Assembly (NCBI GenBank): GCA_038868075.1
Contig: JAWBXB010000002.1
Span: 73,769 to 137,768 of the forward strand
From: Candidatus Bathyarchaeia archaeon
GTDB lineage: Archaea; Thermoproteota; Bathyarchaeia; Bathyarchaeales; DTEX01
DNA: 64,000 nt
Direction: 5' to 3'
Position numbers and translations under genes: made by a program. The notes beneath the pieces are model-generated. The model was not told the origin of the DNA. It was given only the letters and a program-made list of their open reading frames with translations, and searched no databases. Positions 39,337 through 48,308 of the stretch are shown here, one piece after another; the stretch's first letter is position 1, and every line of letters starts with the position of its first letter.

Positions 39337-39663
39337 TTATGCAGGACTATAAATTTTCACATGCTTCCCGCTTGAAACATGATTGATTAAGCCTTGTCGA
39401 CATAGATCTTCTAGGAAGTCTTTTGCAATGCTTAGGCGTAGGTTAAAGCGTGAGGCAATCGTGTAGGGTGTTATAACCTTCATCTTCTGTATCTCTTTTA
39501 TAATCTTCTCATCTCTAGGATTGGGTGGAATTATTCCGGTAACCTTTTTCTCTACACGTGCAGTCTCTTTAGGTTTAGCCTCCTTCTTTCCCTCCTTCTT
39601 TTGAGCTTCTCTCATTAATGCCTTCTCGGCCTGCGATAATGTCAATTTCTTCTTTCCACCCAT
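39337..39663 (-). CDS. rps25e: 30S ribosomal protein S25e
   Basis: Basic N-terminus and KVITPYTIASRFNLRLSIAK..LEDL...GLI wHTH. Confidence 0.9.
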   Translation of the reverse strand: MGGKKKLTLSQAEKALMREAQKKEGKKEAKPKETARVEKKVTGIIPPNPRDEKIIKEIQKMKVITPYTIASRFNLRLSIAKDFLEDLCRQGLINHVSSGKHVKIYSPA

Positions 39664-39726
39664 ACTATTACACCTTCCTTTTTAGAGAAAGAAAAATTAG
39701 ATGTGAAATTTATAGGTTTCTCCCCT

Positions 39727-41217
39727 CTATACGATTGCACTTAGTTCAGCCCTATATTTTGCTACCCACTCATCAACTGGTATCCCCAACGTCTTCTCAA
39801 TAAGTGGTCTATGTATAGAGTTCATTGTACAGAATGGGATTATACGCCCATCAAGCGTTGCATAGTGTATGACACAACGTTGAACCCTTTCTAAATCAAA
39901 ATTGTATGGATCCATGAAGTGCATGGCTGATATCATAAGCATCTTCCTATGTAAGTCTCCTAAAGCCTTATAGCTTCCTGTCTTCAAAACTGGCCATATA
40001 TACTTCCTAAGCATACTAAATTTTACATGGCGCAGTGCTCCCACAAGATACATTTTCGCTCTCGTACTATGCCCCTTCTCAGCTTCCTCATAAACTCTTC
40101 TCATAGATTCAATAAACTTATCAACATTCGCATACTCTGTTATTGGCACAATACGTCCATTCTCAACGAATACGTATGTTGCCATCCCACAGTGCGGGTG
40201 CGCTGTAAATTCAACATAATGCTTATTTTTAATTGCGCCAACAGCCCGCGAAACTGGGACAACCGTTGGCACCGGATAAAAGTCTGTTACTTTTATTTGA
40301 CCATTCGTTTGCTCTTCAACAAGCTTCATCCAGTCAGGTATTGTTATGCGCATTGACATGCGCTCCTGCGCTGGTATCCTACCACATAAAGAGACCGGTT
40401 GAAAGTTTACGCATCTGACAACATCAAAGTTCTCTACAGCAAACCTTATTATATCGCCAACCTGGCGATCATTAACTCCCCTTATAAGTGTGCATACTAA
40501 AACCACGCTATCAATACCAGCTTTTCTACAGTTCTCAATAACTCTCTTTTTAACATCAACTAGGTCAACGCCCCTAGTAAACTTATAAACCTCAGGAGAA
40601 ACACCATCAAATTGTAGGTAAATTGTGCTTACACCCGCCTCCTCAAGGTAGCGGCAGAAATTCACATCTGAAGCCATCCTTAAGCCATTAGTGTTAACTT
40701 CAACATGTTTAAAGCCTAATTCTTTCGCCATTCTAATTATTTCCGGAAGATCCTTTCTAATTGTTGGTTCGCCACCCGATAATTGTAGCGCATCCGCCGG
40801 AACAGGTTTATTACTGCGTAAATTAATCAGCATACTCTTTATTTCTTCTAGCGTTGGCTCATAGACATAGCCTGTTGTTCCAGCCGTCGCGAAACATACT
40901 GGACAGCGGAGATTACAGCGGTTCGTTACATCTATTATTGCGAGTACTGTATGTGATTTATGCTGCGGACAGATTCCACAATCATAGGGGCAACCATTTA
41001 TTGTAGTTGTTCTGGGATTTTCAAGCCCGTTGCCAACATAATCAAACTTCTTAGCCCGCTCGTAAATCTCGTAATCAGACCAATAGACATCTTGAAAGAA
41101 ACCGTGTTCCGGACATTCCTTCTTAATATATACGACATTATTCTCTTCAAATACTACTGCATCTAGAACCCTCAAGCATTCTGGGCATATGCTCTTAGTA
41201 TCCTTTGTTTTCCTCAT
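39727..41217 (-). CDS. tes: Tetraether lipid synthase (GDGT macrocyclase, MJ0619-like radical SAM)
   Basis: SICPEC...CPEHG, GCPYDCGIC..H, CNLRCPVC, HPHCG, MHFMD.YNFD..RV.RC.IHYAT...IPFCT. Confidence 0.88.
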   Translation of the reverse strand: MRKTKDTKSICPECLRVLDAVVFEENNVVYIKKECPEHGFFQDVYWSDYEIYERAKKFDYVGNGLENPRTTTINGCPYDCGICPQHKSHTVLAIIDVTNRCNLRCPVCFATAGTTGYVYEPTLEEIKSMLINLRSNKPVPADALQLSGGEPTIRKDLPEIIRMAKELGFKHVEVNTNGLRMASDVNFCRYLEEAGVSTIYLQFDGVSPEVYKFTRGVDLVDVKKRVIENCRKAGIDSVVLVCTLIRGVNDRQVGDIIRFAVENFDVVRCVNFQPVSLCGRIPAQERMSMRITIPDWMKLVEEQTNGQIKVTDFYPVPTVVPVSRAVGAIKNKHYVEFTAHPHCGMATYVFVENGRIVPITEYANVDKFIESMRRVYEEAEKGHSTRAKMYLVGALRHVKFSMLRKYIWPVLKTGSYKALGDLHRKMLMISAMHFMDPYNFDLERVQRCVIHYATLDGRIIPFCTMNSIHRPLIEKTLGIPVDEWVAKYRAELSAIV

Positions 41218-41269
41218 TTATTCACCACTGTTACGGGTATACTTGATATTAAAATAAGTTATTCGGATA

Positions 41270-42061
41270 ATGGTATATAAGAATTTTCAAACCTTTCATA
41301 AGGTGAAAGGTATGAGTGAAGTTGTGAGTGGAGAGACAAAAATGATGCTTAAGGAGATGGGTTTAACAGATTATGAGATTAGAGCCTATTTGTATCTCTT
41401 AAGCGCTGGGCTTTCAACAGCAAGCCAAATAAGTGAAAGCGCAAACATACCCTACTCAAAAATTTATGAAGTCTTAAACTCCCTAGAGCGTAAAGGCTGG
41501 ATAAAAAGTCAAGAAGGCAGACCTAGACTCTATTATCCTAAATCACCTAGAGAAGCCCTTGAGGAAACTAGACTACGTATAGAGGATAAGATTAGAATAT
41601 GGCAGAAAATAGTCCTCTCAGATCTCCAGCCAGTTTATGAGAAACGGGGATCAAAAGAGAAACCTGACATATGGATATTCCGAAGCATGCCAGATGCAAT
41701 TGCAAAGATTAAGGAGATGCTCAATAACGTTAAAAGCGAGATTTTGGTGGCCGCGCCAGAAATAATGATGCCATTGATTAATGTTCTTTCTTCAATGTTA
41801 AAAGATATGAATACTTCACGTATCAAAATATTGATAATGTTATCCAGCAGCATTAAAGATTCAGGGGACCTAATGCTGCTTGGTGAAGTTAGATTTAGAG
41901 ATGAAATGTTCGGTGGCGGAATAATTGTGGATGGACGTGAGGTTATGCTTATACTTGGTGAAGTTAAACCTTCAATAATACTTTGGTCAAATCACCTAGA
42001 TTTAGTTAGGTTCGCGAAGGAGTATTTTCAGCACCTTTGGGAAAGCGCGTATAGAGCTTAA
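41270..42061 (+). CDS. TrmB family transcriptional regulator
   Basis: GLTDYEIRAY..L, IPYSKIYEVLNSLERKGW, PLD-like C-terminal domain. Confidence 0.9.
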   Translation: MVYKNFQTFHKVKGMSEVVSGETKMMLKEMGLTDYEIRAYLYLLSAGLSTASQISESANIPYSKIYEVLNSLERKGWIKSQEGRPRLYYPKSPREALEETRLRIEDKIRIWQKIVLSDLQPVYEKRGSKEKPDIWIFRSMPDAIAKIKEMLNNVKSEILVAAPEIMMPLINVLSSMLKDMNTSRIKILIMLSSSIKDSGDLMLLGEVRFRDEMFGGGIIVDGREVMLILGEVKPSIILWSNHLDLVRFAKEYFQHLWESAYRA

Positions 42062-42984
42062 TTTAAATTAAAAATGCCTTCTATAGTCTTTCTTATGCTT
42101 TCAGCCCCAAGATAAAAGATTCTTCTTTCCTCCTCCTCGAGATCCCACTCAAATATCTCTTCAACACCATTCTTGCTAAGCATTACTGGTACCCCTATAC
42201 TTATGTCCTTGAGTCCATACTCTCCATCTAGAATAGCTGAGCATATGCAGGTTTTCCTCTCATCTTTGAGAATAACTTCAATCATATTAACTGTGTTACT
42301 TGCTGGAGCATATACCGTTGCCCCCTTCTTTGATATGACTTTTAGAGCTAAGTGTTTAAGCTCATCCATTATTCCTTTCTTCTCTATTTCTGTGAACTTT
42401 TTAATCTCATTTCTTATCTTCACTTTGCTAAATACTGGCACTTGATTCTCACCATGCTCCCCTATCACATATGCTTCAACATCCAAGACTGGAACACCAT
42501 ACCTTTTGCTAAGAACCTGCCTGAATCTAGCTGAATCCAGCATGCCAGCGCTACCAATAACCCTCTCACGTGGTAGACCAGTATACTTCCATAAAAGGTA
42601 ATTCATTATATCAACTGGGTTAGTTAATGTTATTACAATTGGTTCTCCCCGTATACTCTTAATTTTTTGGGCTACATCCCCTATTATTCTCTTATTGATT
42701 TCAAGCAGTTCGAGTCTAGACTTCATTTCAGGCGTTCTAGGTTTACCAGCAGCCACGACGATGACATGTGAACCTTCAATATCACCGTAATCTCCTGAGT
42801 ATATTTCGGTATTATTTCTAAAAGCGACCGCTTGCTCTATATCAATAGCGTTTCCCTCAGCTAGGTCTTTAAGAATATCTATGAGCACGATCTCATCAAC
42901 TAAACCTCTATTGGCTATTTCATACGCTATACATGAACCTAAATTACCAACACCGATAACGCCGACTTTAAACCTCCTACGCAT
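42058..42984 (-). CDS. mdh: Malate/lactate dehydrogenase (LDH-like MDH)
   Basis: GVGNLG, AAGKPRTPEMKSRLEL, TNPVD, LDSARF, GEHG. Confidence 0.88.
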   Translation of the reverse strand: MRRRFKVGVIGVGNLGSCIAYEIANRGLVDEIVLIDILKDLAEGNAIDIEQAVAFRNNTEIYSGDYGDIEGSHVIVVAAGKPRTPEMKSRLELLEINKRIIGDVAQKIKSIRGEPIVITLTNPVDIMNYLLWKYTGLPRERVIGSAGMLDSARFRQVLSKRYGVPVLDVEAYVIGEHGENQVPVFSKVKIRNEIKKFTEIEKKGIMDELKHLALKVISKKGATVYAPASNTVNMIEVILKDERKTCICSAILDGEYGLKDISIGVPVMLSKNGVEEIFEWDLEEEERRIFYLGAESIRKTIEGIFNLN

Positions 42985-43073
42985 AACTTATTTTAGGAGA
43001 AAATGATCTTAAATACCTTTTACTAACAAACAATTATAAATTTAACAATTTTTGAGAGAAATTATTAGGGGAG

Positions 43074-43463
43074 GTGTCTAGATTGAAGAAAATTAGGATT
43101 ATAAGTGATAGAATTGGCGTAGTTGAGGCTGAGCTTCTGGAAGAGAAAAATCCGAAAACAGTTGCAGCCATCTGGGAGAAGCTTCCATTTGAATCTAGAG
43201 CGAACAGATGGGGCGACGAAGTATACTTCACCATACCAGTTGAGATGGGTGAGGAGAACTCTCAAGAAATAGTTGATGTAGGGGATATAGGATACTGGCC
43301 TCCTGGAAAAGGCTTCTGTATATTCTTCGGTCCAACCCCAATAAGCCGTGGCAACGAAATTAGGCCAGCGGATCCAGTAAATGTTTTTGGAAGAATAATT
43401 GGTGATCCAAAGGTGTTTAAGAAGATTAGGAGTGGAGATAAAATTAGAGTTGAAAGAGCGTGA
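43074..43463 (+). CDS. Cyclophilin-like fold protein (DUF369/TM1367-like), second copy
   Basis: NPKTV..IW..LP...WGDEVYF.IP...GDIGYWPPGKGFCIFFGPTP. Confidence 0.85.
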   Translation: MSRLKKIRIISDRIGVVEAELLEEKNPKTVAAIWEKLPFESRANRWGDEVYFTIPVEMGEENSQEIVDVGDIGYWPPGKGFCIFFGPTPISRGNEIRPADPVNVFGRIIGDPKVFKKIRSGDKIRVERA

Positions 43464-43516
43464 AAACCTAGTAGTAACCCTGAATATTTCAGCTTTATCC
43501 CGTTACCTTTTTCCTT

Positions 43517-43795
43517 CTATGGTCCCTCCGCAATTTCATATGGTAATAGTTCTGTTAGTCCCTCAAAGTATGCTAAAACTCTCTTACCCTTTTCCGTTAT
43601 AAAGTATTCCTTTCTCTTGCTTGATGAATTCTCTCTTAAGAGGTCTTGTGAAATTAGAAATTCAAGAATCTCTTGTAATGGCACCCAGGATAAATTGGTT
43701 TTATACATTATCCTAGTTGGTTTACTCTCACCTTTATTTACAACACGTAAAACTTCCAAGTAAACCTCCAACTTAGATCGTTTTTTCCTGACCAT
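43517..43795 (-). CDS. Small winged-helix regulator (HTH_45/COG3432-like)
   Basis: RSKLEVYLEVL...KPTRIMYKTNLSW...ITEKG. Confidence 0.85.
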   Translation of the reverse strand: MVRKKRSKLEVYLEVLRVVNKGESKPTRIMYKTNLSWVPLQEILEFLISQDLLRENSSSKRKEYFITEKGKRVLAYFEGLTELLPYEIAEGP

Positions 43796-43804
43796 ATTCT
43801 ATCA

Positions 43805-43963
43805 ATGGAAAATATCTATTTATTATCGATATTTAAGATTTATGAATTCAATACACTATTTCTCCAAAATGGAAAATCAAATGATATTTTTCCATTATAC
43901 GCAAAAATAATTTTGCTTTCCAAATAATGGAAAATTCTGAATTAAATTTACTCAGATGGAAAA
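43805..43963. promoter_or_regulatory. Cluster of ATGGAAAA sites between the divergent wHTH genes (putative operators)
   Basis: Direct copies at 43805, 43869, 43927 and 43956; an inverted copy TTTTCCAT at 43888. Confidence 0.6.
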
Positions 43964-44061
43964 TTTTTAGTTGTTTTTTACTTTTATCGTTTTTTATTGC
44001 CTATTTTGGCTAGAAAGATTTAAATTATCCTTTTTTATTTGATACTTCAGGTGAAGTAAAA

Positions 44062-44340
44062 GTGTTAAGTAAGAATGTTACTGGATACATGAATTCCAGA
44101 AGAAGCCGAACCGAGATAATTGCTGAAATACTCCGCATAGCTAAAGGTGGAGCTAGAAAGACTCGCATAGTTTACGGTGCAAATATAAACTTCAAGCTCC
44201 TAAGCGAGTATCTAAAGAAGCTTGAAAAAGCTGGACTAATCATTGAGGAATCTGGCAAAAATAGCATCATAAGGACTACGGAGAAGGGCATAGAATACTT
44301 ACGTCAATACGAGAATCTTGAGAGTATTGGAATATTATAG
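44062..44340 (+). CDS. Small winged-helix regulator (HTH_45/COG3432-like), divergent paralog
   Basis: RRSRTEIIAEIL...KTRIVYGANINF...TTEKG. Confidence 0.85.
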   Translation: MLSKNVTGYMNSRRSRTEIIAEILRIAKGGARKTRIVYGANINFKLLSEYLKKLEKAGLIIEESGKNSIIRTTEKGIEYLRQYENLESIGIL

Positions 44341-44352
44341 GAGGTGAACATT

Positions 44353-44481
44353 ATGCTCGGCATACCTTATATCATTCTTACAGCGCTTATATTAATCCTA
44401 ACGGCTGCGGGATTAGGTAAAGCTCTAAGAATAATTATTAAAGGAAGCAGAGAGGGCACGTCAATTGAAATATATGAGTAA
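44353..44481 (+). CDS. Small single-pass membrane peptide, 42 aa (absent from the ORF track)
   Basis: GGAGGTG RBS overlapping the upstream stop; MLGIPYIILTALILILTAAGLGKALRIIIKGSREGTSIEIYE. Confidence 0.6.
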   Translation: MLGIPYIILTALILILTAAGLGKALRIIIKGSREGTSIEIYE

Positions 44482-44582
44482 TAGTTTAGAACTATATTTT
44501 GTTCCATAAATAGTGGTTTTCAGCAACCTAATTCCCTTCGATCATATTAATTAAATTCTTAAGAAATCATGGGAAGCATATT

Positions 44583-45560
44583 TCAAGTTTTTAGTTCAGA
44601 AATTAATGCAGCTATCATAAGCGGTAGCACTACTGTTGCATCGCCTTCGATAGTTACATGCTTTGCTGCTTCTTTAACCTTACCCCAAGAAATTGCTTCA
44701 CGAACCCTTGCTCCAGAAAGACTACCGTCCCACTCAACAGCAGTCGTTATATAAATAGCGTAGTCTAATCCTCCCCTAAATTGATTCCACCATATAACAT
44801 GATGCTTCGAGATTCCACCGCCAATAATTAAAGCACCTGTCCTCTTTGCATTGAATATTAAGTCATTAAGCTCCTGTTCATCCTTAAGTAAATCTATCCT
44901 AAGTTCATGATCCTGTGAGAAAAGCCATATTTGATAACCAACGGCACCGTCCATTATGCCTGGAACATAAACGGGTATATTGTTTTTTGCAGCCCAATAA
45001 AGTATTGAATCCTCATTACAAAGTCTTAGACCTATCTCCCAACTAATCTCTCGGCTTGAAATTTCTTTAACCCCTTCGCTCCAGAGCGCTGATAAAAGTT
45101 CCTGCATCTTCTTCTCAATTATAATACCATAGCTTTCATTTGGAATGAGTATATTTCCAAGCCTATTTATACCCATTCTATGAAGCTTCCTATCATCTAA
45201 ATCAAATGATCCGCGATAATAATTCTTCCAGCATCTTGCTAAATCATGATCTAAAGTCCCACATGTAGTTACAATAACATCTACAAGTCGGCGCTTAACG
45301 ATTTCTTTTAAAACACCTCTTGTTCCAGAAGCTACAATACACGCCGGGAAAGACAGAAACTTTAGGCATTCACTATCAGAGATCATCCTCGCCAATATAT
45401 CTATTCCAGTAACAATTTTCCCCGCGGTAAAGCCCCATGCTCCTCTCATTTGAGCAATAAGATCCTTAACACTCATACCCTCATAAAGTACATAATCTTT
45501 AATGCTCTCATCTTCACTCATAATATTCTCCTCCATCATTAAGAATCTGGCACAAACCAT
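44583..45560 (-). CDS. dys: Deoxyhypusine synthase
   Basis: GFTAG, VTTCG.L.HDL, GGGISKH, DGSLSGA..REAISWGK. The true start is probably a downstream ATG. Confidence 0.93.
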   Translation of the reverse strand: MVCARFLMMEENIMSEDESIKDYVLYEGMSVKDLIAQMRGAWGFTAGKIVTGIDILARMISDSECLKFLSFPACIVASGTRGVLKEIVKRRLVDVIVTTCGTLDHDLARCWKNYYRGSFDLDDRKLHRMGINRLGNILIPNESYGIIIEKKMQELLSALWSEGVKEISSREISWEIGLRLCNEDSILYWAAKNNIPVYVPGIMDGAVGYQIWLFSQDHELRIDLLKDEQELNDLIFNAKRTGALIIGGGISKHHVIWWNQFRGGLDYAIYITTAVEWDGSLSGARVREAISWGKVKEAAKHVTIEGDATVVLPLMIAALISELKT

Positions 45561-46429
45561 TATCGTTGTTTAAGTCCATTCAAAAAATTAAGTATGCATT
45601 TCGGTAAATCCTTTCCGTATCCACCTTCAAGCACAGCGAATATATTTCTATTCAATTCGGCAATCATACGCCCTATTGCGGCATACGATTCAATACTCAA
45701 ACCTAGACTACAAACAGGATCATAAACATATGTATCAAAGCCAGCGGAAACAGCTATCAAGTCTGGGTCAAAATTTTCAATTTCTTTAAGGGCGCTGCTC
45801 AAGGTTTTTATATATTCTTTGTCACCAACAGGATGCGTGAAAGGATAATTTAGACAATTTTTTAACGATCTCTCTCCAGTTCCAGGATAAACTCCACCAT
45901 ACCTATGGAGCGAGACGAATAGCACCTCCGAGCTTCCAAAAAATATTTCTTGTGTTCCATTACCATGATGACAGTCTATGTCAATTATTGCAATCCTATT
46001 AACTTTCCGAAGAGCCCTTTTACATGCAATGGCAACATTATTAAAATAACAGAATCCAAGTGACGGTGCCCCAAGCGCTCTTCCATTAACTCCAACATGA
46101 TGCCCTGGCGGTCTCATTAATGAAAAAGCCTTTTCCCCCTCTAGGGCTATTTCCATACTTTTTATTGCTGAGCCAGCTGCAAGCCTAGCATACTCATATA
46201 TACCTGGAAGGTTAGGGGTATCTGGATCATAAAATGTCTCCTTTCTTATCATTTCAACATACTCTCTACTGTGAACTAGCAGTAAGTCCCCCTCACTACA
46301 TGGCTCAGCCTCAATAAAGGAAAAGCCAGCTTCTTTAAGAAGCTTGTATGCGCGATAAACTCTATCTGGTGATTCTGGATGCCCAGGCTCCCAATACTCT
46401 AAACATTTTTCTGAAAAGACAATGTACAT
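45560..46429 (-). CDS. Histone deacetylase-family amidohydrolase
   Basis: HPESPDR, RPPGHH, GFCYFNN, DIDCHHGNGTQ, SAGFD, LEGGY. Confidence 0.92.
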   Translation of the reverse strand: MYIVFSEKCLEYWEPGHPESPDRVYRAYKLLKEAGFSFIEAEPCSEGDLLLVHSREYVEMIRKETFYDPDTPNLPGIYEYARLAAGSAIKSMEIALEGEKAFSLMRPPGHHVGVNGRALGAPSLGFCYFNNVAIACKRALRKVNRIAIIDIDCHHGNGTQEIFFGSSEVLFVSLHRYGGVYPGTGERSLKNCLNYPFTHPVGDKEYIKTLSSALKEIENFDPDLIAVSAGFDTYVYDPVCSLGLSIESYAAIGRMIAELNRNIFAVLEGGYGKDLPKCILNFLNGLKQR

Positions 46430-46506
46430 TTTTCTTTACACTTCCTGAAGATTAAATTTAAAGGATGCCATAATAATATTTTACGGATTTAAGGGAGATA
46501 GTTAAA

Positions 46507-47505
46507 GTGTTAGATAAGAAAATTGAGAAAGTTAGGGTATCCGTGGGTTCAGCTATAGTTCTAGGCTTAATTAGGGGCGTTGTTGATGCTGAACCTACAA
46601 CGCTATATTTACTCACTTATACTGAGGGACGATGCTTAGCGAACTGCGCATTCTGTCCTCAAGCAAGAACAAGTACAGCGCGAACAGACATGCTTTCAAG
46701 GGTTATATGGCCAGCCTTTAATGTTATGGATGTTATTAGATGCATCAATAAAGTCTTTGGTGAGGGAAAAATAAAACGTGTATGTATTCAAGCGTTGAAT
46801 TATCCAGGTGTGCAGGATGACATAATTTATTTAGCGGCTAGAATTCGTTCCGAATCCAATGTTCCAATATCCGTTTCATGCCAACCTATTAAACGTGAAG
46901 AAATGGTTACCCTAGCTAAAATTGGCGTTGAAAGGATCGGCATAGCCTTAGATGCTGTTACAGAAGAAATTTTTTCTAAGGTTAAGGGTGAAATGGCTAA
47001 TGGACCATATAGATGGAGCCTTCACTTAAACGCGTTAAAAGATGCTATTGAGATTTTTGGAAGAGGAAAAGTTACCACACACCTCATAGCTGGTTTAGGA
47101 GAAAACGATGAAGAATTTATTTCAATGATGCAAAGATGCGTGGACATGGGCATTTATCCAGCGGTTTTTGCATTTACACCTATATCTAGAACAAGAATGG
47201 CTGCTCATCCAAAACCCTCCATAGAATATTACCGTAGAATTCAAGTAGCCCACTACTTGATAACACATGGCATAAAACGTTTTGAGGATATGAAATTTAG
47301 GGATGGACAAATAATTGATTTCGGTCTCTCAAGGGATGAGCTAAAGAGAATAATTCTTTCAGGTGAACCATTTATGACTTCTGGATGTCCGGGTTGTAAT
47401 AGACCCTACTATAATGAGGATCCTAAAGGTCCAATCTACAATTATCCTCGAAAACCCACCCTAAAAGAAATATCTGAGATCCAAAGGCAAATGGGTATGG
47501 TTTGA
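46507..47505 (+). CDS. lipS2: Radical SAM protein, probable archaeal lipoyl synthase component LipS2
   Basis: CLANCAFC plus C-terminal TSGCPGCNRP, matching the TxGCPxC(N/D)RP signature of Thermococcus LipS2. Confidence 0.65.
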   Translation: MLDKKIEKVRVSVGSAIVLGLIRGVVDAEPTTLYLLTYTEGRCLANCAFCPQARTSTARTDMLSRVIWPAFNVMDVIRCINKVFGEGKIKRVCIQALNYPGVQDDIIYLAARIRSESNVPISVSCQPIKREEMVTLAKIGVERIGIALDAVTEEIFSKVKGEMANGPYRWSLHLNALKDAIEIFGRGKVTTHLIAGLGENDEEFISMMQRCVDMGIYPAVFAFTPISRTRMAAHPKPSIEYYRRIQVAHYLITHGIKRFEDMKFRDGQIIDFGLSRDELKRIILSGEPFMTSGCPGCNRPYYNEDPKGPIYNYPRKPTLKEISEIQRQMGMV

Positions 47506-47608
47506 AGACTCAATTTCATTATCCATATTTCAAGATGAAAAGATAAAACATTTATTCCTATTGCATCCACTCGATTGAAATAGTGTCTAAAAAGGTGGGT
47601 TTAACGAA

Positions 47609-48175
47609 TTGAGTCCAAAAATTAGTAGTGATGAGGGTGAGAAAGAGGCAATTCTTACAGTTGCAAGACTTATGCAGGTTGCCGCAAAAACGGCTCCGAA
47701 GGCATTGGGTGCGGATGATGTTCTCACGCTACTAATCTATGGGGAAGAAAAGAATGCCGTAGCCGAGGAGATGAATAAAATCGCCAGCGAAAGAAATGCT
47801 GACCTATTTAGGCGTGACGCCAAGAATGTTATGGATTCAGACGCTATTCTTCTAATAGGTGTTAGGGGAGGAAAAAGCCTTGGAACAAACTGCGGTGCAT
47901 GCGGATATGGAAGCTGTAAAGAATTTGAGGAGACTCAGAAAAAACGTGGACAGGACTTTATAGGTCCAACATGCATCTTTAAAGCTTTAGAGCTTGGGAT
48001 ATCCTTGGGCTCAGCGGTAAAGATAGCTAGCATACTAAACGTTGACAATAGGATAATGTATAGGATCGGTGCGGCAGCGATGAGGATGGGATTGATTCCT
48101 GAAGCAACAGTTATCATGGGCATACCGCTCTCAGCGAAGAGCAAAAACATATATTTTGATAGAAGATGGCCATGA
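47609..48175 (+). CDS. DUF2148 (nitroreductase-fold, Fe-S) protein
   Basis: AAKTAPK, NCGACGYGSC, GPTC, LGISLGSA, VDNRIMYRIG. Confidence 0.8.
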   Translation: MSPKISSDEGEKEAILTVARLMQVAAKTAPKALGADDVLTLLIYGEEKNAVAEEMNKIASERNADLFRRDAKNVMDSDAILLIGVRGGKSLGTNCGACGYGSCKEFEETQKKRGQDFIGPTCIFKALELGISLGSAVKIASILNVDNRIMYRIGAAAMRMGLIPEATVIMGIPLSAKSKNIYFDRRWP

Positions 48176-48308
48176 TATCTCATCTTCTAAAATTCCCCTC
48201 TTCCAATATTTTATGTAATCCTTTTTAATTTATGGCTGTTGTGAGAATATAACTCCCAAAATTTATTTTTATATTCGGACAAGAATCTTCTTATATGGAG
48301 GTGGTTTA

